Shown here piece after piece: positions 24,102 through 34,731 of a stretch of 64,000 bases of DNA (positions within the stretch are counted from its first letter, which is position 1; every line of letters starts with the position of its first letter). The stretch lies in the NCBI GenBank assembly GCA_040285855.1, contig JAUFOQ010000002.1, positions 310,001-374,000 of the forward strand, in the 5' to 3' direction. The notes beneath the pieces were generated by a model that was not told where the DNA came from, ran no database searches, and saw nothing but the letters and a program-made list of their open reading frames with translations. The DNA is from Eukaryota sp. GEM-RC1. Taxonomy: Eukaryota. Position numbers and translations under genes: made by a program.

Positions 24102-24377
24102 TTGACCCCTACGGTCTTTATCTATACATTGTTGTGGACTTGTAGTAATATCACACTCAAGGGTGATCCTTAGAATATTCTATACAGTTTTCAATTTCAA
24201 GCAACACATTGATGAACGACAGGCGTTCAATTTTAAAGAACATTGAGGATACTCAAGCAATAAATTCATCTAACAATGCAGTGATTAAGTGATGGAGACC
24301 TGTCAAATTACGTATTGTAAACAGAAGAAGATAGTTACTGAACTGTTGTTTATCCAAATAATACAATTCAAATCTAT

Positions 24378-26587
24378 TTACATATGAGAATGGAACGTTC
24401 TAGCCAAAACTTCTTCTTGTTGTGCTCTAGTTAACCTATTAAAGTTGACAGCATAGCCAGAAACTCTTATTGTTAACTGGGGATAATTCTCAGGATGTTC
24501 CATGGCGTCAATCAAAACTTCTCTTCGAACGGCGTTGATGTTAATGTGGAAACCCTTTTGGAGAATATACCCATCAATCATGGCAGATAGGTTGGAGATT
24601 TGCTCACTTTTTGACTTACCAAGAGCATTTGGAAGAATAGAAAACGTATTTGAAATTCCATCACGACAATCATCATAGGATATCTTGGTAACAGAGTTCA
24701 GTGAAGCAATAGCTCCTGTAGAATCACGGTTATGAGAAGGATTAGCACCAGGAGCAAAAGGTTCACCCTTTCTTCTTCCATCAGGAGTGTTACCAGTCTT
24801 CTTACCATAGACAACGTTAGAAGTAATGGTAAGAATAGAGAGAGTGTGAGTGGAATTTCGATAGGTTGGGTACTTTCTAAGACGGGAAATGAACTCGTGA
24901 CACAGAGACACTACGATTGAATCAACTCTGTCGTCATCATTTCCATAGCAAGGGAACTCGCCTTCAGTTTTAAAGTCAACTACTAGTCCCTTTTCATTTT
25001 TAATTGGGGATACCTTAGCATACTTGATAGCAGACAAAGAGTCACCAACAACTGAGAGTCCAGCAATTCCAAAGGCCATGAGTCTTTCAACAAAAGTATC
25101 GTGGAAAGCCATCATTGATGATTCATAAGCATACTTGTCATGAGAGTAATGGATGATGTTCATAGTATTAACGTACAACTCACTGAGCCAATCCATGTAC
25201 TTTAATAGGGAATTCCAGACCTTGTCATAGTCCAAAACATCACCGTCAACAGGGGATCCCAATTGAGGACCTACTTGTTGTTCAGTGATCTCGTCCACTC
25301 CATTGTTAAATGTGTAAAGAAGAAGTTTAGCAAGATTGCATCGAGCACCAAAGAATTGCATTTGTTTTCCAAGAGCCATACCTGAAACACAACAAGCAAT
25401 ACCATAATCGGAACCATAGATAGGACGCATCATGTCATCGTTCTCGTATTGGATTGATGACGTGTCGATGGAAACTTGAGAGCAGAAATCACGGAAAGTC
25501 TTTGGCAGTTTAGGGGACCAGAGAATAGTGAGATTTGGTTCAGGAGCAGGTCCTAAGTTGTAGAGAGTCTGGAGAATACGGTATGAGGTTCGAGTGACCA
25601 TGTGTTGACCACTTTGATCTATGCCTCCGAGCACACACGTGACCCAGGTGGGATCACCAGCAAACAGATCATTGTATTCTGGAGTTCTGAGATGACGAAC
25701 AAGACGAAGTTTGATTACAAAATGATCAATGAATTCTTGAACTTGCTCTTCAGTAAACGTGCCGGCATCAAGATCTCTTTCAATGAAGTAATCAAAGAAG
25801 GCATCTGGACGTCCAAAAGACATGGCTGCACCGTCTGCTTGCTTAATAGCGGCAAGATATCCAAAATAGGTCCATTGAATGGCTTCTTGGCAATTCTTAG
25901 CAGGTTGAGAAACATCATAACCGTAGGATTGTGCCATTACTCTGATTTGCTTGAGAGCTTTGATCTGTTCGCTGACTTCCTCATGAAGTTTCATGTTGTC
26001 TTCAGTCATTGTCTTGGGGAGATTGTCTTTGTCGTGTTTCTTCTCAGCGATCATGCGGTCAAGTCCATAGAGAGCAAGTCTTCTGTAGTCTCCAATGATG
26101 CGACCACGCATATATCCATCAGGAAGTCCTGTGATAATACCAGACTTACGAGCAGCACGCATTTCAGCAGTGTACATGTCAAAGACGCCATCATTATGGG
26201 TTTTAGCGTATTCAGTAAAGACTCTTTCAGTTTCTGTGTTCATTGTGTAGCCATAAGACTTGCAAGCAGTTGCAGTAACTCGGACACCTCCAGCACACTT
26301 CATACTATTGTTAGTCAACTAGAGTCATACGTTCTTTGTAGAGGAGCTTCCCCTTGGAATCCTACAATAGTTTCCTTGGTCTTGTCAAGATAACCAGGAC
26401 CATGGGAGGTGATGGTACTTGGACGGACAATGTCAAGGTCATAGATTCCTTTCTGGAGTTCTTCGCGAAGGATTTCAGCAGTTCTGATCATCAATTCCTT
26501 GGTTCTTTGGGTTGGACCAGCAAGAAAGGAGGCATCACCATCATAGGGACGAATGTTTTCGGCAATAAACTTAGCAGTATCGATCAT
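24378..26587 (-). CDS. pflB: Pyruvate formate-lyase (glycyl radical enzyme), 2 exons, intron 26305-26330
   Basis: IACCVS catalytic Cys pair, [13 protein letters not shown] glycyl radical loop, [18 protein letters not shown]. Splicing GTATGACTCTAGTTGACTAACAATAG joins [13 protein letters not shown]. Confidence 0.97.
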
Positions 26588-26814
26588 CGAAATAGGAAGG
26601 AGAAAATATAGTTTCCTAAAATGGAGAAATCCTTTTTAAGGATAACGCTCAAAAATACTTCAACTGATGATGTCATCAAAAAGCACTACAATATATGCCT
26701 CAACACTACTCCCAAAGGAACTCCATTTGGTTACTTACTGACCAGTTAAGTCAGACGATTCGAAGTAGAGAGATCTTCGTTGTCATCTAGTCAAGTGTCC
26801 ATAGTTTTTCTCCA

Positions 26815-27198
26815 ATGTCCTCTTCCACTTCATCATTTCTTCTTTCTGGAACTGAAACTAAGTTAGCTTGCTTTAAGTTCTCTGATATTCCTCTACTATC
26901 TGTTTCTCAGACGGGATCGTTTGGATCGTTCATACTGTGTACTGTTACCAACTCTGCAAATCCTCTACTAATACAGTCTTCTGCTAACCATGTAATCCAA
27001 TTCAAGACTTTGCTTGGTAGCAGAGATGATCCCTGCTTAGATCTCTTTTGCAAGCTTCTCATTGATCGGCTCTTGCACGTGAATCATCATTTGTCTTCCC
27101 TTATTGTTGGGTTTTCCCTCAAACGATCACCAGATGATTTGCTCTCAAGACAAAGTATGCTTGAATTGGTAGACAAATGTCTTGCGCTCATGTCTTGA
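26815..27198 (+). CDS. PSMG3: Proteasome assembly chaperone 3-like
   Basis: 127 aa; SVSQTGSFGS..KTLLGSRDDP..LIVGFSLK pattern of PAC3. Confidence 0.7.
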   Translation: MSSSTSSFLLSGTETKLACFKFSDIPLLSVSQTGSFGSFILCTVTNSANPLLIQSSANHVIQFKTLLGSRDDPCLDLFCKLLIDRLLHVNHHLSSLIVGFSLKRSPDDLLSRQSMLELVDKCLALMS

Positions 27199-27345
27199 AG
27201 GGAATTTTGACCATAATTGGATGTTAGACATACTTATGAATTATGAATCCCGTTATATGTTCTGTTTTATGTAATATTTCTGTTGTTAGACTTGTAATTA
27301 ATCTATCTCATCTGTATAAACCTAATAGAGTCTAACCTTGCTACA

Positions 27346-28115
27346 TCATGTCTCAACAGTCACATTTGACATCACTTTAGAACTACTTTTTAAATAATGA
27401 CCTCCTCTTTCTTCCAGGGACTTATAGAATGGAACAAGAAGAGCAGTAGATCTATCAATGGTTAAATTGTCTGAAAAACCTAATACAGGACTTTTGAAAC
27501 TGGAATTGTTTAGAAGAAATTCAACTTCAGACTGCTCAAATACTGCTAGAGGATTAACTATAGTTGTGTTGGGAGAAATTTGTTTTCGTTGTACAGGGAA
27601 AATTGTGGCACTTCTGGGACTGCCAGACATAAGAGAAAGAGCAGTGTATACAGATGAAGAAAGAGGTGTGAAAGATAAAGCAAGTACCGCATGGTTAGTG
27701 TTTGTGTTCGAATGGTCAAGGAGACAATTGAGAACAGTCTGTTGTAACGGAGAGGATTGATTAGAGGACGGCTTGGGCAGTTCAAGAACATTTGAGATGA
27801 TATGCTTATAAGCCGTTAGCCACAGTCTATAGTCCTGAAGAAGGTTAGCTTGGAGGAAGTGTTCAAGATTTATGTGAACAACTTCAAGGGGGAATGGGTT
27901 ATGAAGCTGAGAACGGAAATGAAGCACCAGATTAAGCAGAAAAGTGCTGTGGAGACCACCAGACCACGGTAGTATCACTTTTGCTTGTTCTGAGTAATGG
28001 AAGCGAAAGACTTCCAACATAGGTTGAGCAATTGGTCAAAGGAGCAAGACTTACACCTGGGAGTTTTGCGGAAGTTGTATTGATATTGGTCGGTGTGTGT
28101 ACATGTTACCTTCAT
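27346..28115 (-). CDS. CTU2: Cytoplasmic tRNA 2-thiolation protein 2-like (divergent), frameshift near 27980
   Basis: Upstream frame MKVTC..RKTPRCKSC joins the degenerate PP-loop VILPWSGGLHS if one A is added to an A4 run. IVNPL motif near the C-terminus. Confidence 0.6.
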
Positions 28116-28179
28116 TGAAAAAGCAAATTTGAAGTAACTTTATTAGACCCAACTGTGGTCTTAGATCATTGTTGGATAG

Positions 28180-28195
28180 AGTGTTCAAAAACACC
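28180..28195 (-). promoter_or_regulatory. Histone 3' UTR stem-loop (H4)
   Basis: GGTGTT-TTTG-AACACT, 14 nt after the stop. Confidence 0.85.
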
Positions 28196-28209
28196 GACCT
28201 TCTTAGAAT

Positions 28210-28521
28210 CTAAACACCAAATCCATACAGCACACGTCCATGACGTTTCAAAGCATAGACAACATCCATAGCAGTGACGGTCTTTCTTCTAGCATGTTCA
28301 CAATAGGTAACTGAATCACGGATAACGTTTTCTAAGAAAGTACGGAGGACAGTACGAGTTTCATCATAGATTAGAGCAGAGATACGTTTAACACCTCCAC
28401 GACGAGCAAGACGACGGATAGCAGGCTTAGTAATACCTTGGATGTTTTCACGAAGGACTTTGCGATGACGCTTGGCTCCACCTTTACCTAAACCTTTTCC
28501 ACCTTTACCACGACCAGCCAT
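28210..28521 (-). CDS. H4: Histone H4
   Basis: [38 protein letters not shown] sequence. Confidence 0.99.
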   Translation of the reverse strand: MAGRGKGGKGLGKGGAKRHRKVLRENIQGITKPAIRRLARRGGVKRISALIYDETRTVLRTFLENVIRDSVTYCEHARRKTVTAMDVVYALKRHGRVLYGFGV

Positions 28522-28780
28522 TGAATAAGATTATATAAGGATAAAGATTTCACTTTTTATTTGAGGAGGTGAAACCTGGATTGTTGTGCTGTGAAATTTT
28601 GTCGTGTGTGTATTTTTGATTGGGAAATTGTAATCTGGTTAATTGATTTGTGTTCGAGAATTATAGGCCAGTCAACAATTTGTTACGTTGAAGAGTCTCT
28701 AAAATCTACAAGAGGAATCTACATGTATTAGGTGTTCAACAAGGATAAAGATAGAAAACAGTTTATGAGAAGAAAACAAA

Positions 28781-28796
28781 AGTGTTGAAAAACACC
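28781..28796 (-). promoter_or_regulatory. Histone 3' UTR stem-loop (H3)
   Basis: GGTGTT-TTTC-AACACT, 18 nt after the stop. Confidence 0.88.
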
Positions 28797-28814
28797 GATA
28801 AAAACACTCATTCT

Positions 28815-29222
28815 CTAGAAATCAGAACGGATTCTCTTAGCTAAAGCCATGTCCTTAGGCATAATGGTAACTCTTTTAGCATGGATAGCGCACAAGTTAG
28901 TGTCTTCAAACAGACCAACGAGATAGGCTTCAGCGGCTTCTTGAAGAGCAGAAATACCAGTAGCCTGGAATCTGAGTTCCCCCTTGAATTCCTGAGCAAT
29001 CTCACGAACTAGACGTTGGAATGGCAACTTACGGATCAAAAGTTCAGTAGACTTTTGGTACTTTCTGATTTCACGGAGAGCAACAGTTCCTGGGCGATAA
29101 CGATGGGGTTTCTTGATTCCACCAGTAGCGGGAGCGGCTTTACGAGCAGCTTTGTGAGCCAAATGCTTTCTGGGAGTTTTAGCAGAGGTAGTCTTGCGAG
29201 AAGTTTGCTTGGTACGGGCCAT
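28815..29222 (-). CDS. H3: Histone H3
   Basis: [47 protein letters not shown]. Confidence 0.99.
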   Translation of the reverse strand: MARTKQTSRKTTSAKTPRKHLAHKAARKAAPATGGIKKPHRYRPGTVALREIRKYQKSTELLIRKLPFQRLVREIAQEFKGELRFQATGISALQEAAEAYLVGLFEDTNLCAIHAKRVTIMPKDMALAKRIRSDF

Positions 29223-29540
29223 TTGTGAAGAATATTGTGGTAGTGGGATGACATTGTTGACATTTTAATATGCAGGGAAATTGTCGTGCTGACAATATTT
29301 TCTCGTGTTTTACTTTGACTAGGACTAGACTATTTTGCCTTGGAGTCTTTGGTGGTAGCAAATATTGACTTAATGTTGTTTTGAGCCAGACAATGTGTGT
29401 CTTGAATATACGCTCCTGATACATAGTCTTCGCTAAAACAGTTGAAATTGTTGTTTAGACAATCAGTCGAAATGAATATAACAAACGGTGCAGAGAAATG
29501 TTGAAGTAAACAAAAATCAAAGAAAGTAAAACATTTATAG

Positions 29541-29556
29541 AGTGTTGAAAAACACC
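29541..29556 (-). promoter_or_regulatory. Histone 3' UTR stem-loop (H2B)
   Basis: GGTGTT-TTTC-AACACT, 10 nt after the stop. Confidence 0.88.
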
Positions 29557-29566
29557 ATCAAACAAC

Positions 29567-29995
29567 TTACTCGGCTTCCCCTGAGGAACTAAACTTAGTA
29601 ACAGCCTTGGTACCTTCAGAAACAGCATGCTTTGAGAGTTCACCAGGTAACAATAATCTAACAGCGGTTTGAATCTCCCGTGAAGACAAAGTGTTTCTCT
29701 TGTTGATTCTAGCAAGACGAGAAGCTTCAGTGGCAATACGTTCAAAGATATCATTGACAAAAGAGTTCATGATTCCCATAGCCTTGGTTGAGATACCAGT
29801 ATCGGGATGAACTTGACGCAAAACACGATAAATGTAGGTAGCCCAGGTCTCCTTACGGGCCTTCTTACGCTTGACAACAGTAGGAGCTGCTCCTTCAGCT
29901 ACAGCTTTGGCGGGGGCCTTGGAAGGTGCCTTAGCGGGGACTCCCTTGATGGATTTGGTAGACTTGGTAGACTTTACAGATTTCTTTCCGGGCAT
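29567..29995 (-). CDS. H2B: Histone H2B (142 aa)
   Basis: [63 protein letters not shown] at 29995. Confidence 0.99.
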   Translation of the reverse strand: MPGKKSVKSTKSTKSIKGVPAKAPSKAPAKAVAEGAAPTVVKRKKARKETWATYIYRVLRQVHPDTGISTKAMGIMNSFVNDIFERIATEASRLARINKRNTLSSREIQTAVRLLLPGELSKHAVSEGTKAVTKFSSSGEAE

Positions 29996-30065
29996 TGAGG
30001 ATAGAACTTGTTGTTTGAAGAATTGATTTGTGAGAAAAGGATTGCGTTCAAGTGAACCGCACCAC

Positions 30066-30098
30066 CACGAGAATCTCTGCCTCACCGAAATTGTCGTG
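30066..30098. promoter_or_regulatory. Pair of oppositely oriented CACGACAATTTC-like motifs in the divergent H2B/H2A promoter
   Basis: CACGAGAATCTC (30066-30077, +) and GAAATTGTCGTG (30087-30098). The latter is identical upstream of H3 (29277-29288) and near-identical upstream of H4 (28593-28606). Confidence 0.65.
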
Positions 30099-30146
30099 TT
30101 CATTTGAAACACCAATTTCTACAGATTCATTTTCTCGTCTCATTTA

Positions 30147-30527
30147 ATGTCTGAAGAAACTGGTGCCCGTACTCTCTCCTACAAAGCTGGACTCCAATTC
30201 CCTGTTGGTCGTATCCGTCGTTATCTCCGTGAAGGAAAGTATTCCGAACGTGTTGGTGCTGGAGCTCCTGTCTACATGGCTGCTGTCCTTGAATATCTGA
30301 CTGCTGAAGTCTTGGAATTGTCTGGTAACGCTGCTAGAGACAACAAAAAGTCTCGTATTGTTCCTCGTCATATTCTCTTGGCTATCCGTAATGATGAAGA
30401 ACTCAGCAAACTCTTATCTCATATTATGATTCCTTCCGGTGGTGTTTTGCCTCACATTCACTCAGATTTGTTACCTAAAGGTTCCAGATCTCGCGATACC
30501 GCTGAGTCTGGTTCTCAAGAGATTTAA
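30147..30527 (+). CDS. H2A: Histone H2A with C-terminal SQEI (H2A.X-type motif)
   Basis: [50 protein letters not shown]. Confidence 0.99.
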   Translation: MSEETGARTLSYKAGLQFPVGRIRRYLREGKYSERVGAGAPVYMAAVLEYLTAEVLELSGNAARDNKKSRIVPRHILLAIRNDEELSKLLSHIMIPSGGVLPHIHSDLLPKGSRSRDTAESGSQEI

Positions 30528-30549
30528 GTAGATTGTTGTTGTTTCATTT

Positions 30550-30565
30550 GGTGTTTTTCAACACT
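30550..30565 (+). promoter_or_regulatory. Histone 3' UTR stem-loop (H2A)
   Basis: GGTGTT-TTTC-AACACT, 22 nt after the stop. Confidence 0.88.
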
Positions 30566-31706
30566 TGTTTGCCTATAAAACTAATCCCTTGTGTCTCTGT
30601 TAATTATATGATTTTTGTCTTATGATATAAATCATTTCTCCACTAAGGTATTCAGTAAGGTTGTTAAACGATGGCAGGTCAAAGTCTTGACCTGATATAT
30701 GAACTGTTGTCTTTTATAGCTGAACTAGTTGATGTTAAATTGTTTGTTATGGTTGAACTCAACAACAGTTAAGTTCCATTTATTCTAAGTTGTATAGGTA
30801 TAGTTCTCGTGTGGACATGGAGAATTTAACTTCTTTCACTTTCTGAAGTATTATGTATAAATATATTGTAAAAGCTTCAGAAAGTGCAATCTAATATCTA
30901 GCAGCTGAAACAATTCCTACGTTCATTCAGATAGTGTTAACATGGATAAAGAATAGTTATAGAATATATTTCTACACATTTCTTCTCCGAGACCATAAAC
31001 TAGATAGTGTTTGTATTTTCAGTCAGAGCAATTATACGAAGCAGAAAGTCAACTAACCGTTTTCGATAAGAAAGGGATGATCAAATGGATTGTGTAATCA
31101 TCGATAGTGACTGAGACAAACTGTACTAATAAAATATTTTGTTTTTATTTTGTTTTTATTTTGTTTTAATTATATTTATTTCACATTTATTTCTGGCACT
31201 TTTTGATGTTCACATTATTTTAAATTATCTCATGAGAGGGCCTGATAATGATATAATTAGTCTCACTGAGACTGTTTTCTAGTGAGAGTAATTAAAGCAA
31301 TCGGTGTATTCAAAAGTGTAGTAAGTGCTGATAAATGATGTTGGAGAAATTTTTGCTGCTGCACAATTCCATCATGAGTTAAAACGTACGTATCTTTGTT
31401 GTTCAAAAAGACCTTGAGGCTATACGTTATGCCAAGGTTGCCAACTTCTACTTTAGGCTAGCTCATTCTTCCCCAACCCTTCCACAAGCTGAGCACAGAG
31501 ATACGCTTGGTGCTTGGAAATGCGTTAAGCATTCTAAACGTAGTTTGATTAATAAAGATGTCTTGCATTTTGTCATTGTACGTTATTCAATTATCGAATA
31601 TGTACACTGTATTTCGATTCATGGTACAATAGTCGATAAATAAATAAGATCAATCTCCTGACAATATATTTATCGAAGTTGTCTAACAAATTTTTAAGAT
31701 CAGAGT

Positions 31707-32767
31707 TTATGGAACAAAAACACTAAAATAAACATAAATACTAGAATTCAATATCATTAAAGCAACAATCATTGCCATTAAAACTCACATCAGCTTTTTC
31801 TTCATAAAAAACACTGAGAGCTAATAGAGCTTTTGAAATCATGATAGGAATTGTTTTAAATATTGTAAAAACAATACGATTCAACCAAAATTTGAAATCA
31901 AATTTCTTGTTCATTCTTTTTGACCACTTTCTCAAAATCAGAGAGAAAACAAAGAGCATCTCTACCAAGTCGACCATAAATTGAAATTGCAAAGGGCATA
32001 ATTTGTACTCAACATGTCTAATATGTTTGAGAGCAGTCAGTGGTTCATCATGTTTGTTTCTCTTGTATTGTTCTGAAGAATTCAGTGGAGAAACTTCATT
32101 TTTAGCATCCTTGGATGCACTTTTTTGCAAACATCCACAGTAATCACATCAACAACGGTTAGTTCATCATTAACTGATGGAACTATAACATCAGCTCTTC
32201 GTTTACCAAAAGTCTTATCGGAATCACTATTTTTTGAATTATTGCTTTCCAGTGATCTCAACAGTGGCTCAACGAAAGATTCGATTTTGGAGGACTTACA
32301 CATTGCATGAATTTGATCTCTGACAGCATCATGAATACAAGTTCTATAAGTAATGAAACGATTACAACTCAAAAGGTGAGAAAAAGTAACTAATTTACCA
32401 CATTTGCATTGAAGATCATTGGGTAAATTAGAGGGCCACAAAAAACATCGAAGTCTAAATGTTGTAGTCCATTGATGATCATTTAACAACAAACCATAAA
32501 TCTGAGGAATTTGGTTAATCAAAGCAACTGAAGAACTGTCCTTCAAATCGATTAAAAAATTTGCGAAAGCTGGATTTTTTTCTTTGGCCGAGCCAAGTCG
32601 AATTTTAAAATCCAAACATTCAAAATGTTTTAAAAGGTGTTTTTGGAGTTTCTTAAGAGCAAATTTTAACGAGGTGACACATCGTTCTGGTATTTCACAA
32701 ATATCTGCTGGAAAACAAGTTTGCCAGAGGTCAGGTGAAATTAGCGACAATTCTGATCTCAAATTTG
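31707..32767 (-). mobile_element. 5'-truncated CRE-like non-LTR retrotransposon (subfamily A): Zn knuckle plus restriction-like endonuclease, frameshifted
   Basis: CKCG..HLLSC..HDAVRD..EP..RADVI..VDVITV..K..K. Near-identical to 56700-57750. Confidence 0.85.
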
Positions 32768-32959
32768 CCTAACAAAAAGATAAATAAAAGATATCGATAG
32801 AACACGTGTTAGTGTTCACTGATACAATGTACCAGTAACAATTTCCGTATACATTAACTAAAACTACACTAGACTACAAATGTTGAATTTTGAAACGGTG
32901 TTTCCCTTGAATGGAACTACTCGGCTGAATTACAGAAATTGTCGATGGATTCAATCTGC

Positions 32960-33650
32960 TAAAGTTCACCTATCATCTTTGTCTCCTGAAATGTGGGAAT
33001 CTATGTTACATGCTCTCTTATAGGATAGTCCTTTAAAAGGCATTTCATCTCTCCCATCTGTGGTATGTAAACTGTAAAATATATTGACTAAGGAGTTTGA
33101 ACTCTTGGGCTTCAATAATCGTATTACTTTGGTTAAAACTAATAGTCCCAGGTTCGCTACTTTTTGAATTGACCTTTGCAATAATGGATCTTGTTGATTC
33201 ATTTCTCAAATTCGTGAGGTGTTTGGATTGCATTTATCTGAAGAAGCTTGGACAATCAATATCCGTCTTCGTTTGGCTATTTGGCCTGTAAATTTATTAA
33301 ACAAATCAACTTACTCTTGTGAAGCTAATGGTGATGTTCGTCATTTATTTAATTGTACAGTAATGGTCTGTATTTCATTCATCTACATTCATCTAATCAT
33401 GATGGCGTACGTGATTCTTGTTATTCAATGTGCAAATGACAGGGCTTCAACTCTAAAGTTGAAGCAGTTTTCAATCTTTCAGAAAATGACTTCACAGATC
33501 AAAAACGAATGAATTATTAGTGCTTCTTATCACAGTCGATGTTTGTTACAAATTTTGTGATAGTAGGATATTAGATTCTTCTTTTAATACGTTAACAGCT
33601 GCCGAAAAGCTCAAACACCCCAAGTATGATTCTCAAACATACTTGCAAAA
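32960..33650 (+). mobile_element. Degenerate CRE-like retrotransposon fragment (subfamily C)
   Basis: LSPEMW..FGLHLSEEAWTINIRLRLAIWPVNL..HLFNC aligns by eye with subfamily A. Contains multiple stops. 33561-33632 recurs at 40350-40420. Confidence 0.7.
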
Positions 33651-33659
33651 TACTCTATA

Positions 33660-34237
33660 TTCTAAAATCTTATTGTATTTTGCTAATTGGCTGGTTTGGT
33701 TGATGATACATATGTTGACAAATCGTTTGGAAATAGCCGTGGTGATGTCATATTTCCTGGTCTCGATGGATCTTTCATTATTGCTGATGTTATGTCTATC
33801 GATGTTTGTAATGATTCCAACAAGAAATTTGCTAAATCTAATGCTAAAAACCCCTTGTTGATTGGTGAAAAATTTAAAATGCAAAAATATTGTGCTAAAT
33901 TGAAATTATTGAATTCGGCTTCACACTCGAATTACTTGTTGTACCCTTTTGTATTTTCACTGTACGGTTCTTTAGGTGAATCTGCAACATCATTACTTGA
34001 AATATTTGTGAGAATTGTAAAAGAAAAACCATCTAGGACTTTTGATCTTAGATTTTGGAAAAATCGAATCGTGTTTGCTATCTTTAAAGGTATGGTGACT
34101 TCTGTATCTAGCGCTTTATTATCTCTTGGCAGACATTATGAGGATAAGGTAGGTGAGAATTTCCAGTTAGGCAATCTGGACTTTGAGGATATTGATTATT
34201 AGATGTATGTACACTGTAGTGTTGTTGTCAATAAAAC
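33660..34237 (+). mobile_element. 3' end of a CRE-like retrotransposon (subfamily B), RLE domain
   Basis: SFGNSRGDVI..IADVMSIDV..GEKFKMQKY..YPFVFSLYGSLG..FWKNRIVFAIFK. Second copy at 40784-40985. Confidence 0.82.
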
Positions 34238-34731
34238 TTTTCAATGGGAATTTTTTTTGGTAGTTTTTGTGTTGTATCAAAACGTCTTTCTGTATTGAAT
34301 TTTTGTATTTGTAATAACTTGTGTATTTTTAGTACCGCATAGTGTTCTCCGTATATGGGAACATGCCTTTCTATTTCTCTCGATTAGTTGAAAAATGGTA
34401 CAAGTTTGGTGTGAAGGTTAATGTTGAAAAACGAAATCTTTTACCGGGTGGTGATGAAGTCGTTTGGATTTAGTTCTAATATTTTTTGTTTGTATTTACA
34501 AATTCATATTTGTTTAGGAAGGTTAAATTTTTCGGTACTGAATACAGTAGTTGTTTTATGATATAGACGACACAGAACAGAAGAATTGTTTTAATTACAG
34601 TGTATAAAGACATGAGTAAAAAATAGAATTCCAAAGCTAAGATGAACATTGACAATGGGGAGTCTAAACAATTAATACATGTATATATCCCAGATTGGCC
34701 AAATATTTGTTTGAAAATACCTATTAATCTT

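Noticed and set aside
25602..26393. 263-aa antisense ORF over PFL
   Set aside because: Antisense shadow of a highly biased gene with no recognisable motifs.
31135..31170. TTTTGTTTTTA x3 repeat
   Set aside because: Ordinary low-complexity AT-rich sequence.
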